Shown: positions 13,644-26,912 of the stretch, in pieces
How positions within the stretch are numbered: position 1 is the first letter of the stretch
How the letters are laid out: each line of letters begins with the position of its first letter
Assembly (NCBI GenBank): GCA_903813345.2
Contig: CAIIXF020000001.1
Coordinates: forward strand, 42,656,001 to 42,720,000
Reading direction: 5' to 3'
DNA length: 64,000 bases
DNA from: Owenia fusiformis
Taxonomy: Eukaryota
Translations under genes and position numbers: made by a program
The notes under the pieces: model-generated
The model's input: the letters and a program-made list of their open reading frames with translations, nothing else
Database searches by the model: none
Told to the model about the DNA's origin: nothing

Positions 13644-16600
13644 GGTCTTTTATTGTGTCAAATGTAAACGTTCTTTTGCAGACAGAAAATTGACAGATCA
13701 GCTTTTAACTTTCAGCTTTGATGTTTAAATATTCTATATTTCTACCGGACTTCTTGCTGAATATCATATAATGTTATAACTTGATTTGGATTTTGGACGA
13801 TTGCCTGATTGATCCTTTCTGAAATTTTCGATTGTGATTCACGATTGATTGATTGGCAAGAAAAATAATTCCTATTGTTTTCCAGTGAAGTCTAAATGTT
13901 ACAGCATAAATTATAATAAGTGGGAAGTAGAATAAAGGATGGGCGGGGCCAGGGGATTGGTGGCCCTACCAGCCCCACCAATTCACACGCATACACATAA
14001 GAGACAAACACACCCAGGCTCCAGGCCGTGATGGAAATATAAAACTATTTAGGGCACAAAATGGTATTTAATAGACCGATATGTATTGAAGGTAAAACAA
14101 TCTGCATTATTGTTACTTCTATCAATACATGGATTGTGCAATGGAAAAGCAATGGCACAATCAAAAATGTGCATATCAATCGTGAATATCTCTAGGTTCA
14201 AAGCTTAATTCCAACAGAATCGTGTCAAAATATGTGTCTGAATAACAGTTATACATTATAAGATCGCAAACTCTTACAAATTATCAGCCGAATGGCTAAT
14301 TTTCAACGAAATGTCCTTAAGACAACAGCCCTGGGTCGCGCCTATGCCGAAAATAAGCTTGAATATCCCTCCCCTAAATAATATTGATAATAACATTTAT
14401 GCGTGCGCGCGCAGCTCGTCCACTGAACGAAACGCCACTTCCCGCTGAAATCACCGGGTATTGATCTTTCCCTTGATGTAAGTAGTATAGTAATTACTCC
14501 CCTTATACAGATGTTCTCATTAGAAGAGGGATAACAAATTATTAAAAACGGTAACTACACATCTCTCTAGGTCAGAATTAAGTATTTTATGCCGTAGCTA
14601 TCTTTCAAGTGTTTATTTATAAAAAGGATCAATGATCTGTTTACGAATATTGAAACGCGTTAGATATCGTTACATCTAATGGATGCGTTAGGCCAGAGGG
14701 GGAGTAATCAGATCATGCTGTAACTTATTAGAATACATATGTTTTCTAGGTATATAACGAGATGAACATTGGCACATCTTGCTTTATCGCATCAACGTAT
14801 TCTTTGCCTGAATCCACTCATGGAAGGAAACTCATAAATCATACCAGATTAACGTCGATTACTGATAAAGGAATAATGCAAGTGATAAGCATTCAATGAG
14901 GAAGTATTTGGTCTTAAAATCATATCATATGCTATGTTTGTTCACTTTATGGAGCCTTGCTTGTTTTTCTGGTTTTGGGACTAATGGAAACTCCAGTATT
15001 CTATCCGAAAAGCTCCAAGTGTAAAAATATGAAATATGAGGATATGTTGTTACAAACTGCCAGCTTAATATTTATGGCACCCACTGGTGCGAATGGGATT
15101 TAAATCATTTTTCTCGTAGTATCAGGTAAATGATCGGTATTCAAAACGGTTAAATGTTTCATCTTTGATTTCTATCGTATGATGTTTGAAAATCAAACTG
15201 TTGAGGGTTTTACATTTAGCGATCTCTCAAAAATGGCCGATTTGTCATGCCTGGTATATGACCATGATATTCGTTTTCGTACACAGTGGAATAGCTAGTT
15301 TTTCAGGAGAAAACTATTTCTTAATCTCCATAGTGAGCTAACATAAATCTTGAACATCGGGCTTAGATTTCACTATGTTGCCCTTTGAAATGAGGTTATT
15401 TGTAGAAGGGGGCACATTTATATTGGACCAATATTTTCACATCCCGATTTACGCAATACGCCAATACGCAATACGCAATACTTCCTGGATAACTAGAGGA
15501 TGAGCGCTCACTTGATAAATAGATAGTGCTTCGAGACAAAATGAGTCCAGGCGTTCTATACACCATGACGCAATAAAAAGTGCTAACAATCACCTAGGAG
15601 TATTGTATTCCGACACATAATCCATCACTTTGTATCGAGAGCCCTCTTGAAAGGGTGGCAATAGTGATCTGATTGTGCCCTAATACCGGGATAAATTGAA
15701 GAGTAATTATGAAAAAGCATTTTATTTTGTTCTTGTCACACTTCATGAGAACAAAACGTGTCTTAGTCCCGTCATCCCACTCATTGTTTCTATGATAATC
15801 GATACATTTCTCATTTAGTAAGTTAATAACTTATATCCGTACGGCTTTGTTATAAGCAAATATGATTTATATCTAATGCGTGTAATAGCGCCATTAAAAA
15901 GATGAGGGTCTTACTGTTGATATCGACCCTTTTGTCTTTTCCATGTAAGCCCCAGTTCGTATTGGCATGATTAGGCTATTGGGTGAGGGACATATTTTAC
16001 CGTCCAATGGGATAACTGCCCTGCTTCTGTGGAGCGCGAAATGCTTAACTGATTAATTGGGGAACTCTAAGGACATTCCCACTCCCCGAATTAAGACTCT
16101 GGCCCAACTCAGCCCGAAAATAACCAGCCTTGTTTCAAGATAAGTTTCGCCCTGATATAGATATCCAATTTTTATCTAGCATTATCACAATACATAACAT
16201 GATAAATGACCCGTACTCTTTTGTCAAATGTATAATTTAATGCACAATAAAGACTTACAATAAATCAACCTTATTGTATTCTTGATATAAACTAGCCATG
16301 AAATACATCTAATATTGAAGCATACATTGAAAGGACGAATGAAATTACAGTCTTTATGATGGGTTGTTAGGTGGGAAAATGCATACAAAAAATTGAGGTT
16401 TGCTGAAGCGTCTTGTGTCTCTTGCATACAGCTGAAAATATATAATTAGCGCTCGGGTTATCACTATTATCAAATAGTGCGCATTTTCTAGAAATACTTC
16501 CCAAACTTTCTTTCTGATAGAAATCAATAAAGAAAATTCAATGTGTGGTGCACCGTTATGCGTCTAATGATAATTACATACCGGTAATTAGCATTCACAC

Positions 16601-19296
16601 GGAAAAGGAATGCAATTAAAGAAAAAACAGAAACCATCAAACAATGTCAACACCTGGATCTTCCAGGGAATTCTGTATTGACCATGATATTAACAAACGT
16701 GTGAAGTGTGAATTGGACGAGCCCAAATGAGCAGGTGATGTCGTGCTAACCACTAAAAATAACAATGCCAATGTCACACGGGTCTCTACAGTTGATTAAA
16801 CGTGTTTCAAAAAATGACTTCCACAATACATTCGGATAATTGTCATTCGAAAGTCGTGGATGTGTGATCCTCCGTTCTCTTTCAATCAACCCGGGTGTAC
16901 ATAGGAAGTAATTAAGGTTCCAATACATCTTCGTGCGTATATTGACCAGAACTAATTAAAGTGTTTCTAGAAGCAAGATCTCGACCTTTACTTTGATTAA
17001 GGGCAAGACCATTGTTACTGGCCACTGAGGAGACTTAAACAGTTGTGTAAAGAATATAGAAACATACCAGATGTTGCCATTTTGAATTTGAATTTCCAAG
17101 ATGGCCGGATATTTAGCATTCTTTCAAATTGCTACAACAGGAGAAAATACTCAATTGAACATAATTCATTTATTAAGTATTTTCTCCGAATGAATATTTA
17201 AATATTTTCTGGAATCTTGAAAATCCATAGCACACCAATAATAGAACAATTGTCATCATAATTAGGCTAATTAGCTATCCTATATTATCCTTAGATGCAT
17301 ATCTGGCATTTTCTTCTATATCTGCTATGGTACGGTAAACTGATGGAGCGCCCATTTTGAATCAAAATAGGTCAATACGAAAATATTTTTTAACATTCGC
17401 AGACTGGGCTCAATCTAAGTAAAAGACACTTATCAAAGAGCTATTACAACTGGATGGAAAAATATGATTTGTGTGTCTGGTGTGAATATCAACAGTACCA
17501 TCTGATCCAATTGTTATATTGTGTGCTAAGTATGTTGTTCGAGAAAATTTGTTGTTGGTGATTTTTGAATTGAGTCTCCCGCTAGATTCTAATGATCGAC
17601 CCCCTAGCCAAATCACCTTATCTTATTTGTATGTATAGCCAATTTTTATCCCTGATAAATAATGGGATGGGAACTGTATCAATGTACATCAAATGCGGTT
17701 AAGTTGACCGTATATGGTATAAGAAATGCCTGGATATTTCAAAACCACTGCAGGTAGACTAATCATACAAAGACCATGTCTAGAAAAAAATTAATTACTT
17801 GAGTCTGATTTAATTTTGCTTTAATCGTAAACTATTTATGATCCAATTAATTGCAATGATAATAGTTTAATATGGAATGCAATTTCTTGGGAGCAAAAGT
17901 TAATAGCATTGGCTTCGAGTGACGCAGTCCAACCAAGTGTAGGGTGAATTCTTGTTTTTAAATATTTTCACATGTGACTTCAAAATGACATCACTTATAA
18001 ATGGACAGACCATCTTATTATTTAATATTATTATTATTATTTATTCACTATTGTTATTAATTGGCATTATTGAAGACTGGTTTAAATAATATGCAAGACA
18101 GTGAAAGCAGAGTTTAATGGTACAGAAGCATAGATAATGGTTGCTCTTGGCGTGGAGCACTTTCAGTCGTTGATACTGTTTATACTTTCCGTGTATATCC
18201 TTTTTTCGAATTTGCATATGTTTGCATTTTATTTTATAATCCAATAAATCATCATGCAATTTTTACCGATTTTTTAACTTTTAAATTTACCGATTTTTTA
18301 ACTTTTAAATAGGCGAAGGCTACTCCGTTCCAATGTCCTTCTTTGTGAGGTAAAAAAATCGAAAATTAGCAAAACCTGAACATTGAATGTTAAAGTAGGA
18401 CATGTTTTACAAAGTGAAGTGGTGTTTGAAGGAATCATATATTGATTTGAGGCGTTGTGTAGATATTATATGGTATGTTACACCGATGGACCCCGGATGT
18501 CCCTGGCTTAGTAAGAATCAGCGATTATTATTTGGCCGTGAAATAGGTGTAACTGGAGAAAAACCAACGCACAACTGTTGTTTTTGCGTAAAGGATAGAA
18601 ACATTCATGACCTATGGTGTTTACGTACGAATGAATTAAAGCTATTTCTAGTTTTCTAGTTTTATATGTCTCTGTCCAAACCCGCATTATAAGAATGCAT
18701 GTTGTTCAATGAATTCTCGTTTTAGACTCCCAATATGAACATCTTGAACCTCATGCCAACCTCTCACATCAATCATGGATTTTTCATTCAGTCCACCTTC
18801 ATATACATCAAACTATAGTGATTGTTAAGACACGGGGATGGGGCTACAATGACATATAATTATATTTTTGTTTCCCATTGCCTTCGCAATCAATTTGCAT
18901 TAATTAATCAGTATCCGGCGGTGAGAAATTGAAGCCATTTGGGTTGTATGGCCACCTAATGGAGAAGTCATATCGTTGAGATCTTCAGAACACCAGGTTA
19001 AATGCATTCTAATACTCATCACATCTTTCTGCCTCCAACTGGAAATAGAATAGAAGGCCATGATTTCTCATGATGGGTTAAATGATATCAGAATTCTATC
19101 TCTAAACACTTAATTTTGACCTATTCTAATCTAATATCAACTATTAAATCTAAGACTGATTCTTCCCTGAGGTGCTATAACGCTTCTGTTGCTTAATTGT
19201 TGCAATTCGTCATGTGGCACGCTAAATGTTTTTTCTGTTCTGCAATTATTAGACTCCAGATGAAAATCTGGAGTCTATTGCTTTTGCCAGTTTTCT

Positions 19297-22200
19297 TTAT
19301 TAGACTCCAGATGTCAATCTGGAGTCTATTGTTTTTGCCAGTATTCTTATTAGACTCCAGATGAAATCTGGAGTCTATTGTTTTTGCCTCTTTTCTTATT
19401 CTTATTCTTATACTGATCAAGTTTTCTCAACAACTATGAGGTATCCAGTAAGTACCATAATACAGTTGATTTAGGTTCAGTATCTAGTTGGTGGGAAATT
19501 GGGTCAAATTTTTATCTAGGTCAAAGGTCAAGAACTAGGTCAAATCCAGTACTTTGTCACTTTTTTCGATTTTCTCGGTCATCCTTCAATATTTTTGATC
19601 CGGGTTTTTTTCATTGTGTTCCTCATAAAAAAGTAGAAACTCTAGGGTCGATTTATTTTTGTGGTATCTCAAACCGATTTCGAGATATCAGTGTCCGAAA
19701 ACGAGGTCCAAAAAAAAGTTCTCCAAATCCAATGTCCAGGATATCAGTCTTATAGGAAATTTCCTCAGGATTCCGAATCTGAAAACTAAATTTCGATCTG
19801 TCTTCCGGTTCAGAAGTTATGGCGTTTTGAAAATTCAAAAATCGCTAAATTTGGTGCCCCATGTTAATTCAATGGGAAAAAATATTTTTTTGAAGTGTAA
19901 AATACGAGATATAGACTAAGCACAGCTAAACATAATGGAAGCCCATAAAAGAAAGGGACCTCAAAACCTTCTTTTCATAAAAATTTGGACACCAAAATGC
20001 CTAGGGTCAAAATCTAGGTCAAATTCAAAGTTTTTCCTTATTTTTGCGATTCTGACACTACAGATTAATTATATTCTTCGAAATTTTGTATACATGTAGC
20101 CAAGAGTGTGCTAATAGTGTTAGCCTTTTGCCGTCAGAAAGTCTTTTGACCTACTTTTGAGATATGGTGTCCGAAAAGTAGGTCAAAATAAAAAATTCTC
20201 AAAATTTAACGTTTAAGTTATGAATTAAGTATAGAATTTTCTCAGGAATCCGAATCTGCAAATCAAATTTCGATCCGACTTCAGGTTCGGAAGTTATGAC
20301 ATTTTGAAAGCTCAAAAATCGCTAAATTTGGTGCCCCATGTTATGTCAATGGGAGAAAAGAATTTTTTGAAGTGTAAAATACGAGATATAGACTAAGTAC
20401 AGCTTAAAATAATGAAAGCTTATGAAAGAAGGGGACCTCGAAGGCTACTTAACTTCAAAATTTGGACACCAAAATCCCTAGGTCAAAATCTAGGTCAAAT
20501 TCATAGTTTTTCCTTATTTTTTCCGATTCTGACACTATGTTTAAATGATTTGCTTCAAAATTTTGTATACAGGTAGGAAAGAGTGTGCTTATAGTGTTAG
20601 CCTTTGCCGTCAGAAAGTATTTCGACCCACTTTTGAGATATGGTGTCCGAAAAGTAGGTCAAAATAAAAAGTTCTCCAAATTTAACATGTGAGTTATGAA
20701 TTAAGGGTAGAATTTTCTCAGGAATCCGAGTCTGCAAACCAAATTTCGATCCAACTTCTGGTTCGAAAGTTATGGCGTTTTGAAAGCTCAATTTCGGAAA
20801 ATCGATCTGATGGTATCCTGATAGAAAGTCAAGAGTAGAGAAGTCGAAAATTTTGAAAAATTTATCCATCCTTCCTATCTGATCTTATCCTATCCTATCC
20901 TTCCTATCTATCCTTCCTTCGTATCTTTTCCTTCCTATCCTCTCCTATTATATCCTTTCTTCCTATTCTGTTCTATCCTATCCTTCTTTCTTATTCTATC
21001 CTATCGTTCCTTCCTATTCTATCCTATCCTACCTTCCTATTTTATTCATCCATCTTTTTCTGGATGACTCAGCTTATTCTGGATGACTCGGCTAAAAATG
21101 GTCTAAATCTGGAGTCTGAAATTGAACTTCGTTCAATTTCCAAAGTCTAGTTATTATTCTTATTCTTATTATTCTTTTTGAGTTTTTTCAATAACTATAA
21201 GGTATCCAGTAAATACCATAATACAGTTCATTAAGGTTTAGTATCTAGTTGGTGGGAAATTGGGTCAAATTTTTATCTAGGTCAAAGGTCAAGAACTAGG
21301 TCAAATCCAGTACTTTGTCACTTTTTTCGATTTTCTCGGTCGTCCTTCAATATTTTTGATCCGGGTTTTTTTCATTGTGTTCCTCATAAAAAAGTAGAAA
21401 ATCTAGGGTCGATTTACTTTCTTGGTATCTCAAACCGATTTCGAGATATCAGTGTCCGAAAACGAGGTCCAAAAAAAAGTTCTCCGAATCCAATGTTCAG
21501 GATATCAGTCTTATAGGAGATTTTCTCAGGATTCCGAATCTGAAAACCAAATTTCGATCTGACTTCCGATTTAGAAGTTATGGCGTTTTGAAAATTCAAA
21601 AATCGCTAAATTTGCTGCCCCATGTTAATTCAATGGGAAAAAATATTTTTTTGAAGTGTAAAATACGAGATACAGACTAAGCACAGCTAAACATAATGGA
21701 AGCCCATAAAAGAAAGGGACCTCAAAACCTTCTTTTCATAAAAATTTGGACACCAAAATGCCTAGGTCAAAATCTAGGTCAAATTCAAAGTTTTTCCTTA
21801 TTTTTGCGATTCTGACACTACAGATTAATTATATTCTTCGAAATTTTGTATACATGTAGCCAAGAGTGTGCTAATAGTGTTAGCCTTTTGCCGTCAGAAA
21901 GTATTTTGCCCCACTTTTGAGATATGGTGTCCGAAAAGTAGGTCAAACTAAAAAATTCTCCAAATTTAACGTTTGAGTTATGAATTAAGTATAGAATTTT
22001 CTCAGGAATCCGAATCTGCAAATCAAATTTCGATCCGACTTCTTGTTCGGAAGTTATGACATTTTGAAAGCTCAAAAATTGCTAAATTTGGTGTCCCATG
22101 TTATGTCAATGGGAAATATTTTTTTTTGAAGTGTAAAATTCGAGATATAGACTAAGTACAGCTTAAAATAATGAAAGCCTATGAAAGAAGGGGACCTCGA

Positions 22201-22902
22201 AGGCTACCTAACTTCAAAATTTGGACACCAAAGTCCCTAGGTCAAAATCTAGGTCAAATTCATAGTTTTTCCTTATTTTTGCGATTCTGACACTATGTTT
22301 AAATGATTTGCTTCAAAATTTTGTATACAGGTACGAAAGAGTGTGCTAATAGTGTTAGCCTTTTGCCGTCAGAAAGTATTTCGACCCACTTTTGAGATAT
22401 GGTGTCCGAAAAGTAGGTCAAAATAAAAAGTTCTCCAAATTTAACATATGAGTTATGAATAATGGAATCCGAGTCTGCAAACCAAATTTCGATCCGACTT
22501 CCGATTCGAAAGTTATGGCGTTTTGAAATTTCGAGAAAAATCGATCTGATGGTATCCTGATAGAAAGTCAAGAGTAGAGAAGAAAATATTGAAAATTGCA
22601 TCCATCCTTCCTTTGTGAAACTATCGTATCCTTCTTATCTACCTTTCCTTCGTTTCCTCTCCTTCCTATCCTTCCTATTCTATTCCTTCTTCATATTCTA
22701 TTGTATCATTCTTTCCTGTTCTATCCTATCGTTCCTTCCTATTCTAGCCTATCCTTCCTTCCTTTTTCATCCATCCATCCATCCATCTTTTTCTGGATGA
22801 CTCAGCTTATTTTGGATGACTCGGCTTATTCTGGATGACTCGGCTAAAAAAAGTCTAGATCTGGAGTCTGAAATTGAACTTCGTTCAATTTCCAAAGTCT
22901 AG
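19297..22902 (+). mobile_element. HINE/Helentron-type element, middle copy (net ~1.80 kb)
   Basis: Second head 19297-19346; body resumes at 21151 in the (TTATTC)n tract; tail ATCTGGAGTCT-GAAATTGAAC-TTC-GTTCAATTTC-CAAAGTCTAG ends at 22902. Confidence 0.8.
19347..21150 (+). mobile_element. HINE/Helentron-type element, innermost intact copy (1804 bp)
   Basis: Third head, (CTTATT)n, about 2.7 units of ~477 bp central repeat, (CCTAT/CCTT) tract at 20865-21060, then subTIR, hairpin and CTAG at 21150 followed by TT. Confidence 0.85.
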
Positions 22903-24359
22903 TTATTATTCTTTTTCTTCTTCCTCCTTCCCAGATTTCTCACCAACTAGAAGAGCTTACTTTAAGCTGCTTACATGATTAACTAGGGAATGTATCTGGG
23001 ATGATGGGAAATTAGGTCAAATTTTTATCTAGGTCAAAGGTCAAGAACTAGGTCAAATCCAGTACTTTGTCACTTTTTCCCATTATCTCGGTCGTCCTTT
23101 AATATTTTTGATCCTGGTTTTTTTCATTGTGTTCCTCATAAAAAAGTAGAAAACCTAGGGTCGATTTAGTTTTTTGGTATCTCAAACCAATTTCGAGATA
23201 TCAGTGTCCGAAAACGAGGTCCAAAAAAAATTTCACCGAATCCAATGTCCGGGATATCATTCTTATAGAAAATTTTCTCAGGATTCTGAATCTGAAAACC
23301 AAATTTCAATCTGACTTCCGGTTCAGAAGTTATGGCGTTTTGAAAATTCAAAATCGCTAAATTTGGTGCCCCATGTTAATTCAATGGGAAAAAATATTTT
23401 TTTGAAGTGTAAAATACGAGATATAGACTAAGCACAGCTAAACATAATGGAAGCCCATAAAAGAAAGGGACCACAAGACCTTCTTTTCATAAAAATTTGG
23501 ACACCAAAATGCCTAGGTCAAAATCTAGGTCAAATTCAAAGTTTTTCCTTATTTTTGCGATTCTGACACTACAGATTAATTATATTCTTCGAAAATTTGT
23601 ATACATGTAGCCAATAGTGTGCTAATAGTGTTAGCCTTTTGCCGTCAGAAAGTATTTTGACCCACTTTTGAGATATGGTGTCCGAAAAGTAGGTCAAACT
23701 TAAAAGTTCTCCAAATTTAACGTATGAGTTATGAATTAAGGGTAGAATTTTCTCAGGAATCCAAATCTGCAAACCAAATTTCAATTGGTTTAGAATTTAT
23801 GTCGTTTTGAGATCTCAAAAATCCCTAAATTTGGTGCCCCATGTTAAATCAATGGGACCGAATAATTTTTTGAAGTGTAAAAATACGAGATAAAGAATGA
23901 ACATAAACATAATAAACATAATGAAAGCCCATAGAAGAAGGGGACCTCAAAAGCTACTTTCCTTCAAAGTTTGGACACCAAAATACCTAGTTCAAAATCT
24001 AGGTCAAATTCATAGTTTTTTTTTATTTTGCGATTCTGACACTACACTTCAATGATATTCTCCGAAATTTTGTAACCTCGTAGCAAAGAGTGTGCTTATA
24101 ATGTAACATTTTGCCGTCAATAAGTTTTTTGACCCACTTTTGAGATATGGTGTCCGAAATGTAGGTCAAAATAAAAAAAATCTCCAATTTTAAAGTATGA
24201 GTTATGAATTAGGGGTAGAATTTCCTCAGGAATCCGGATCTGAAATTAAAATTGCAATCCGACCCCCGGTTTAGATTCTACGCCATTTTGAAGTTTGAAA
24301 TTCGCACTTGCCAGTATTCACGATGCAGATTGATCAAATATACTTTCAAAAATTCCTGC

Positions 24360-24595
24360 ATACCCTACTTTACCTCTCTACCTACTCAGCTACTTATTTG
24401 ACTACTTACTCAATTACTTAATTAGTTATTACTTACTTAGCAACTTACTGAGCTACTAACTCAGGTACTTACTCAGCTACTTACTCAGCTACCTACTCAG
24501 CTTTTTACTCAGTTACTTACTCAGCTACTTACTCAACTACTACTAAGGTACTTACTCAGCTAATTACTCAGTTACTTACTCAGCTCTTTACTGAT
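24360..24595. repeat. Simple repeat (TACTTACTCAGC)n
   Basis: Degenerate 12-bp tandem read directly from the sequence. Confidence 0.9.
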
Positions 24596-25047
24596 CTATC
24601 TAGGTCAAATAAATCTGGAGTCTTAAATTGAACTTGTTCAATTTCACAAATCTAGTTACACTTGATTTTATTATAGCGAAAGTTCAAATAAACACTGTTC
24701 CACAACTAGTTACTTTGACGGAACGTCAATGTAACAAAATAGATTAACTTCCTGGATACGAATTTTTTGTTTTCTCGATTTAAACTTACAAGTCATGTTG
24801 CAAATTATCATTTGGCACAAAGTTAGACAATACAGTCTTTTAGAAATGCTCTCGGTTTGGAATTTGATTTTTAAATAAAGCTGTATTTCATGCATTAAGA
24901 CCATCCATAATGTTACGCGGTATATGGCATACATTTATGTTTGTGCGGTATTTGTGATACAAGTGAATATGGCATACTCACCTGCGGTATCTGACATATT
25001 CCGCAAGTGAGTATGGCATATTCCGCATTGAAATATACCTCATATTT

Positions 25048-25204
25048 TCTGTGTGATTTTATAAAAATTCGGAAATGTTCTTCAGATATGAGCCCCCTCT
25101 AAATATTGGGTGCGGAGTTACGTTTATGGAGCTGCTCCGCACCCAATATTTAGAGGGGGCTCATATCTGAAAAACATTTCCGAATTTTTATAAAATCACA
25201 CAGA
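25048..25204. repeat. Near-perfect 70 bp inverted repeat with a 17 nt spacer
   Basis: 25048-25117 is the reverse complement of 25135-25204 with one mismatch. Confidence 0.95.
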
Positions 25205-26834
25205 TACTGCCTGGCTTCCAAGATGCAAAAATAATTTGTATAGATAGTGTACCTTGAACACCATTTTTTATGAATGCTGGGGACTCAGTATTAAAAGGAT
25301 AATTTCAAAAGATATAGGTCTGGGAAATGTTTAAGGCACACTGCGTCGCTATAGAATGAATTGCGCTACTATTTTCACAATTGTATTGATATTTGGTGTC
25401 AAATACACATATCTTGGTATATTTGAAGTCCCAAAACGGCTTAGTTTCAGAAATATCCCAAATTTAAATTCAAAATGACCGTTAGCTCCGCACCCTCCGC
25501 TCATTTGCTCCGCACCCAATATTTCCCACAGGCTCTGTCTGCATAGGGTGTAGTACGGCATTCTAAAAGAATGCAAACGGCTATGTGGTCGTTAAATAGC
25601 TATAAATTCTTTGCGTCGACCATTATCGCGGTCCAATATTTCCTGTCCAGTGTTCCCAGCTGTACAAAAAGTCACAGCTGAAGCACTTCAGAGGCAGAAT
25701 TAACCGTTATTCTACGTATCAATATCAAGAAAAAAATATTCAGCACTATTTCTATTTTCGGCTCGTGTTATGTTCGTCGTGTCTATTTGTAAAAGTCACC
25801 AAAGTTTGTACATTCTAGGAAAACTTGACATATACATGTCTTTCCCACTCTGGACTCCATTAGTTGGGAGAATTTACGACAATGGGATATCCTTATTCCT
25901 GTCTGAACGTCCTTATTCCTGTATATAGGACAATGTGTTGTTCTCTAGGATGAAGAAAATTAAGTCCTGGCGGATGAGTAAAATTTCCCGGGTAAAATTT
26001 GACAGCATGGAGACAAGAGTCGGGTATTCCTCTTAGTCAAACAGTAGACGAATCTCACAACTACATATTAGACCTAAAACAACACATTCTTGTCACGTTA
26101 TTCGCTTTGTTACATTTATCTTGCGTCCAATTACGTCAATGTAAACACTACGTACGTATATATTCAGATTGTGCAAATAAGAGTTCATTTCCAGGCCACA
26201 CCAATTCATCGGAACATAGCGTCACCATTTCAAAAACATTTACACAAGGGCGGATATTTAATCTTCTGAACTCAATAAAACGATTTTATTGCCATATTTT
26301 GTAAAACTGTAGACAATAATCCATGAGATGATTTCGATTATCAATTACTCAAAAACAACTAATACGTTGCAAACAGTCATGTGATAGTTCATTGTGCGCC
26401 AAAAGACGACCACATACAATCGACCATTATCAGAAAAATAAGAGAGTTGCAACGATGAATAGATATCCTCATTCTGATATTTATCACATTTTTCTGTTTC
26501 CAACGTGAAAAGAACGTTTTCTAGAGGCCCACGATTTCTCATGATAGGATACCCTTAGTTCTCCCTACCTAGCACTGATCTTACTTACTACTGGGGTTAT
26601 CTTACCAAGTAAACCTTGTCACGTGATTTTTGAACTAACAGTATTAAATTAACTGTGTCAAGTTCTTGGTTGTTAATTTATTTTAAAAATATATAAAATT
26701 CTTTTGACAGACACACAAGTTGTTTTGTTTGTTAAACGTTACAATAATCAGGATAAATTAAAGCATTGAAAATATAACCGTCGTTCGGCGTTGGTTACTA
26801 TTATCATTATTATCATTATTATATTATTATATCA

Positions 26835-26912
26835 TCTGTCTGTAACAAATGCTTTTACCTTGTAATAAACCAGGTCCCAGGTGGTGACATTTGTTGTGTT
26901 AATGCCTTGCTT
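26835..26912 (+). mobile_element. Truncated HINE 3' end (family of 43067-43570)
   Basis: GTCTGTAACAAAT..AGGTGGTGACATTTGTTGTGTTAATGCCTTG matches the reverse complement of the 43067-43103 terminus. Confidence 0.55.

Larger units (their letters stand above)
19246..24655 (+). mobile_element. HINE/Helentron-type non-autonomous element, outer copy (net ~1.80 kb, hosts two nested copies)
   Basis: 5' head TTATTAGACTCCAGAT-N-ATCTGGAGTCTA (subTIR plus inverted repeat); body resumes at 22903 with ~475 bp central repeats and (TACTTACTCAGC)n; 3' ATCTGGAGTCT, hairpin AAATTGAAC-T-GTTCAATTT and CTAG at 24655. Confidence 0.8.

Noticed and set aside
19653..23784. Family of similar short ORFs (MNFQNAITSE.., FSDTISQKW..)
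   Set aside because: Translations of the HINE central repeats; frames are not conserved and no domain is recognisable.
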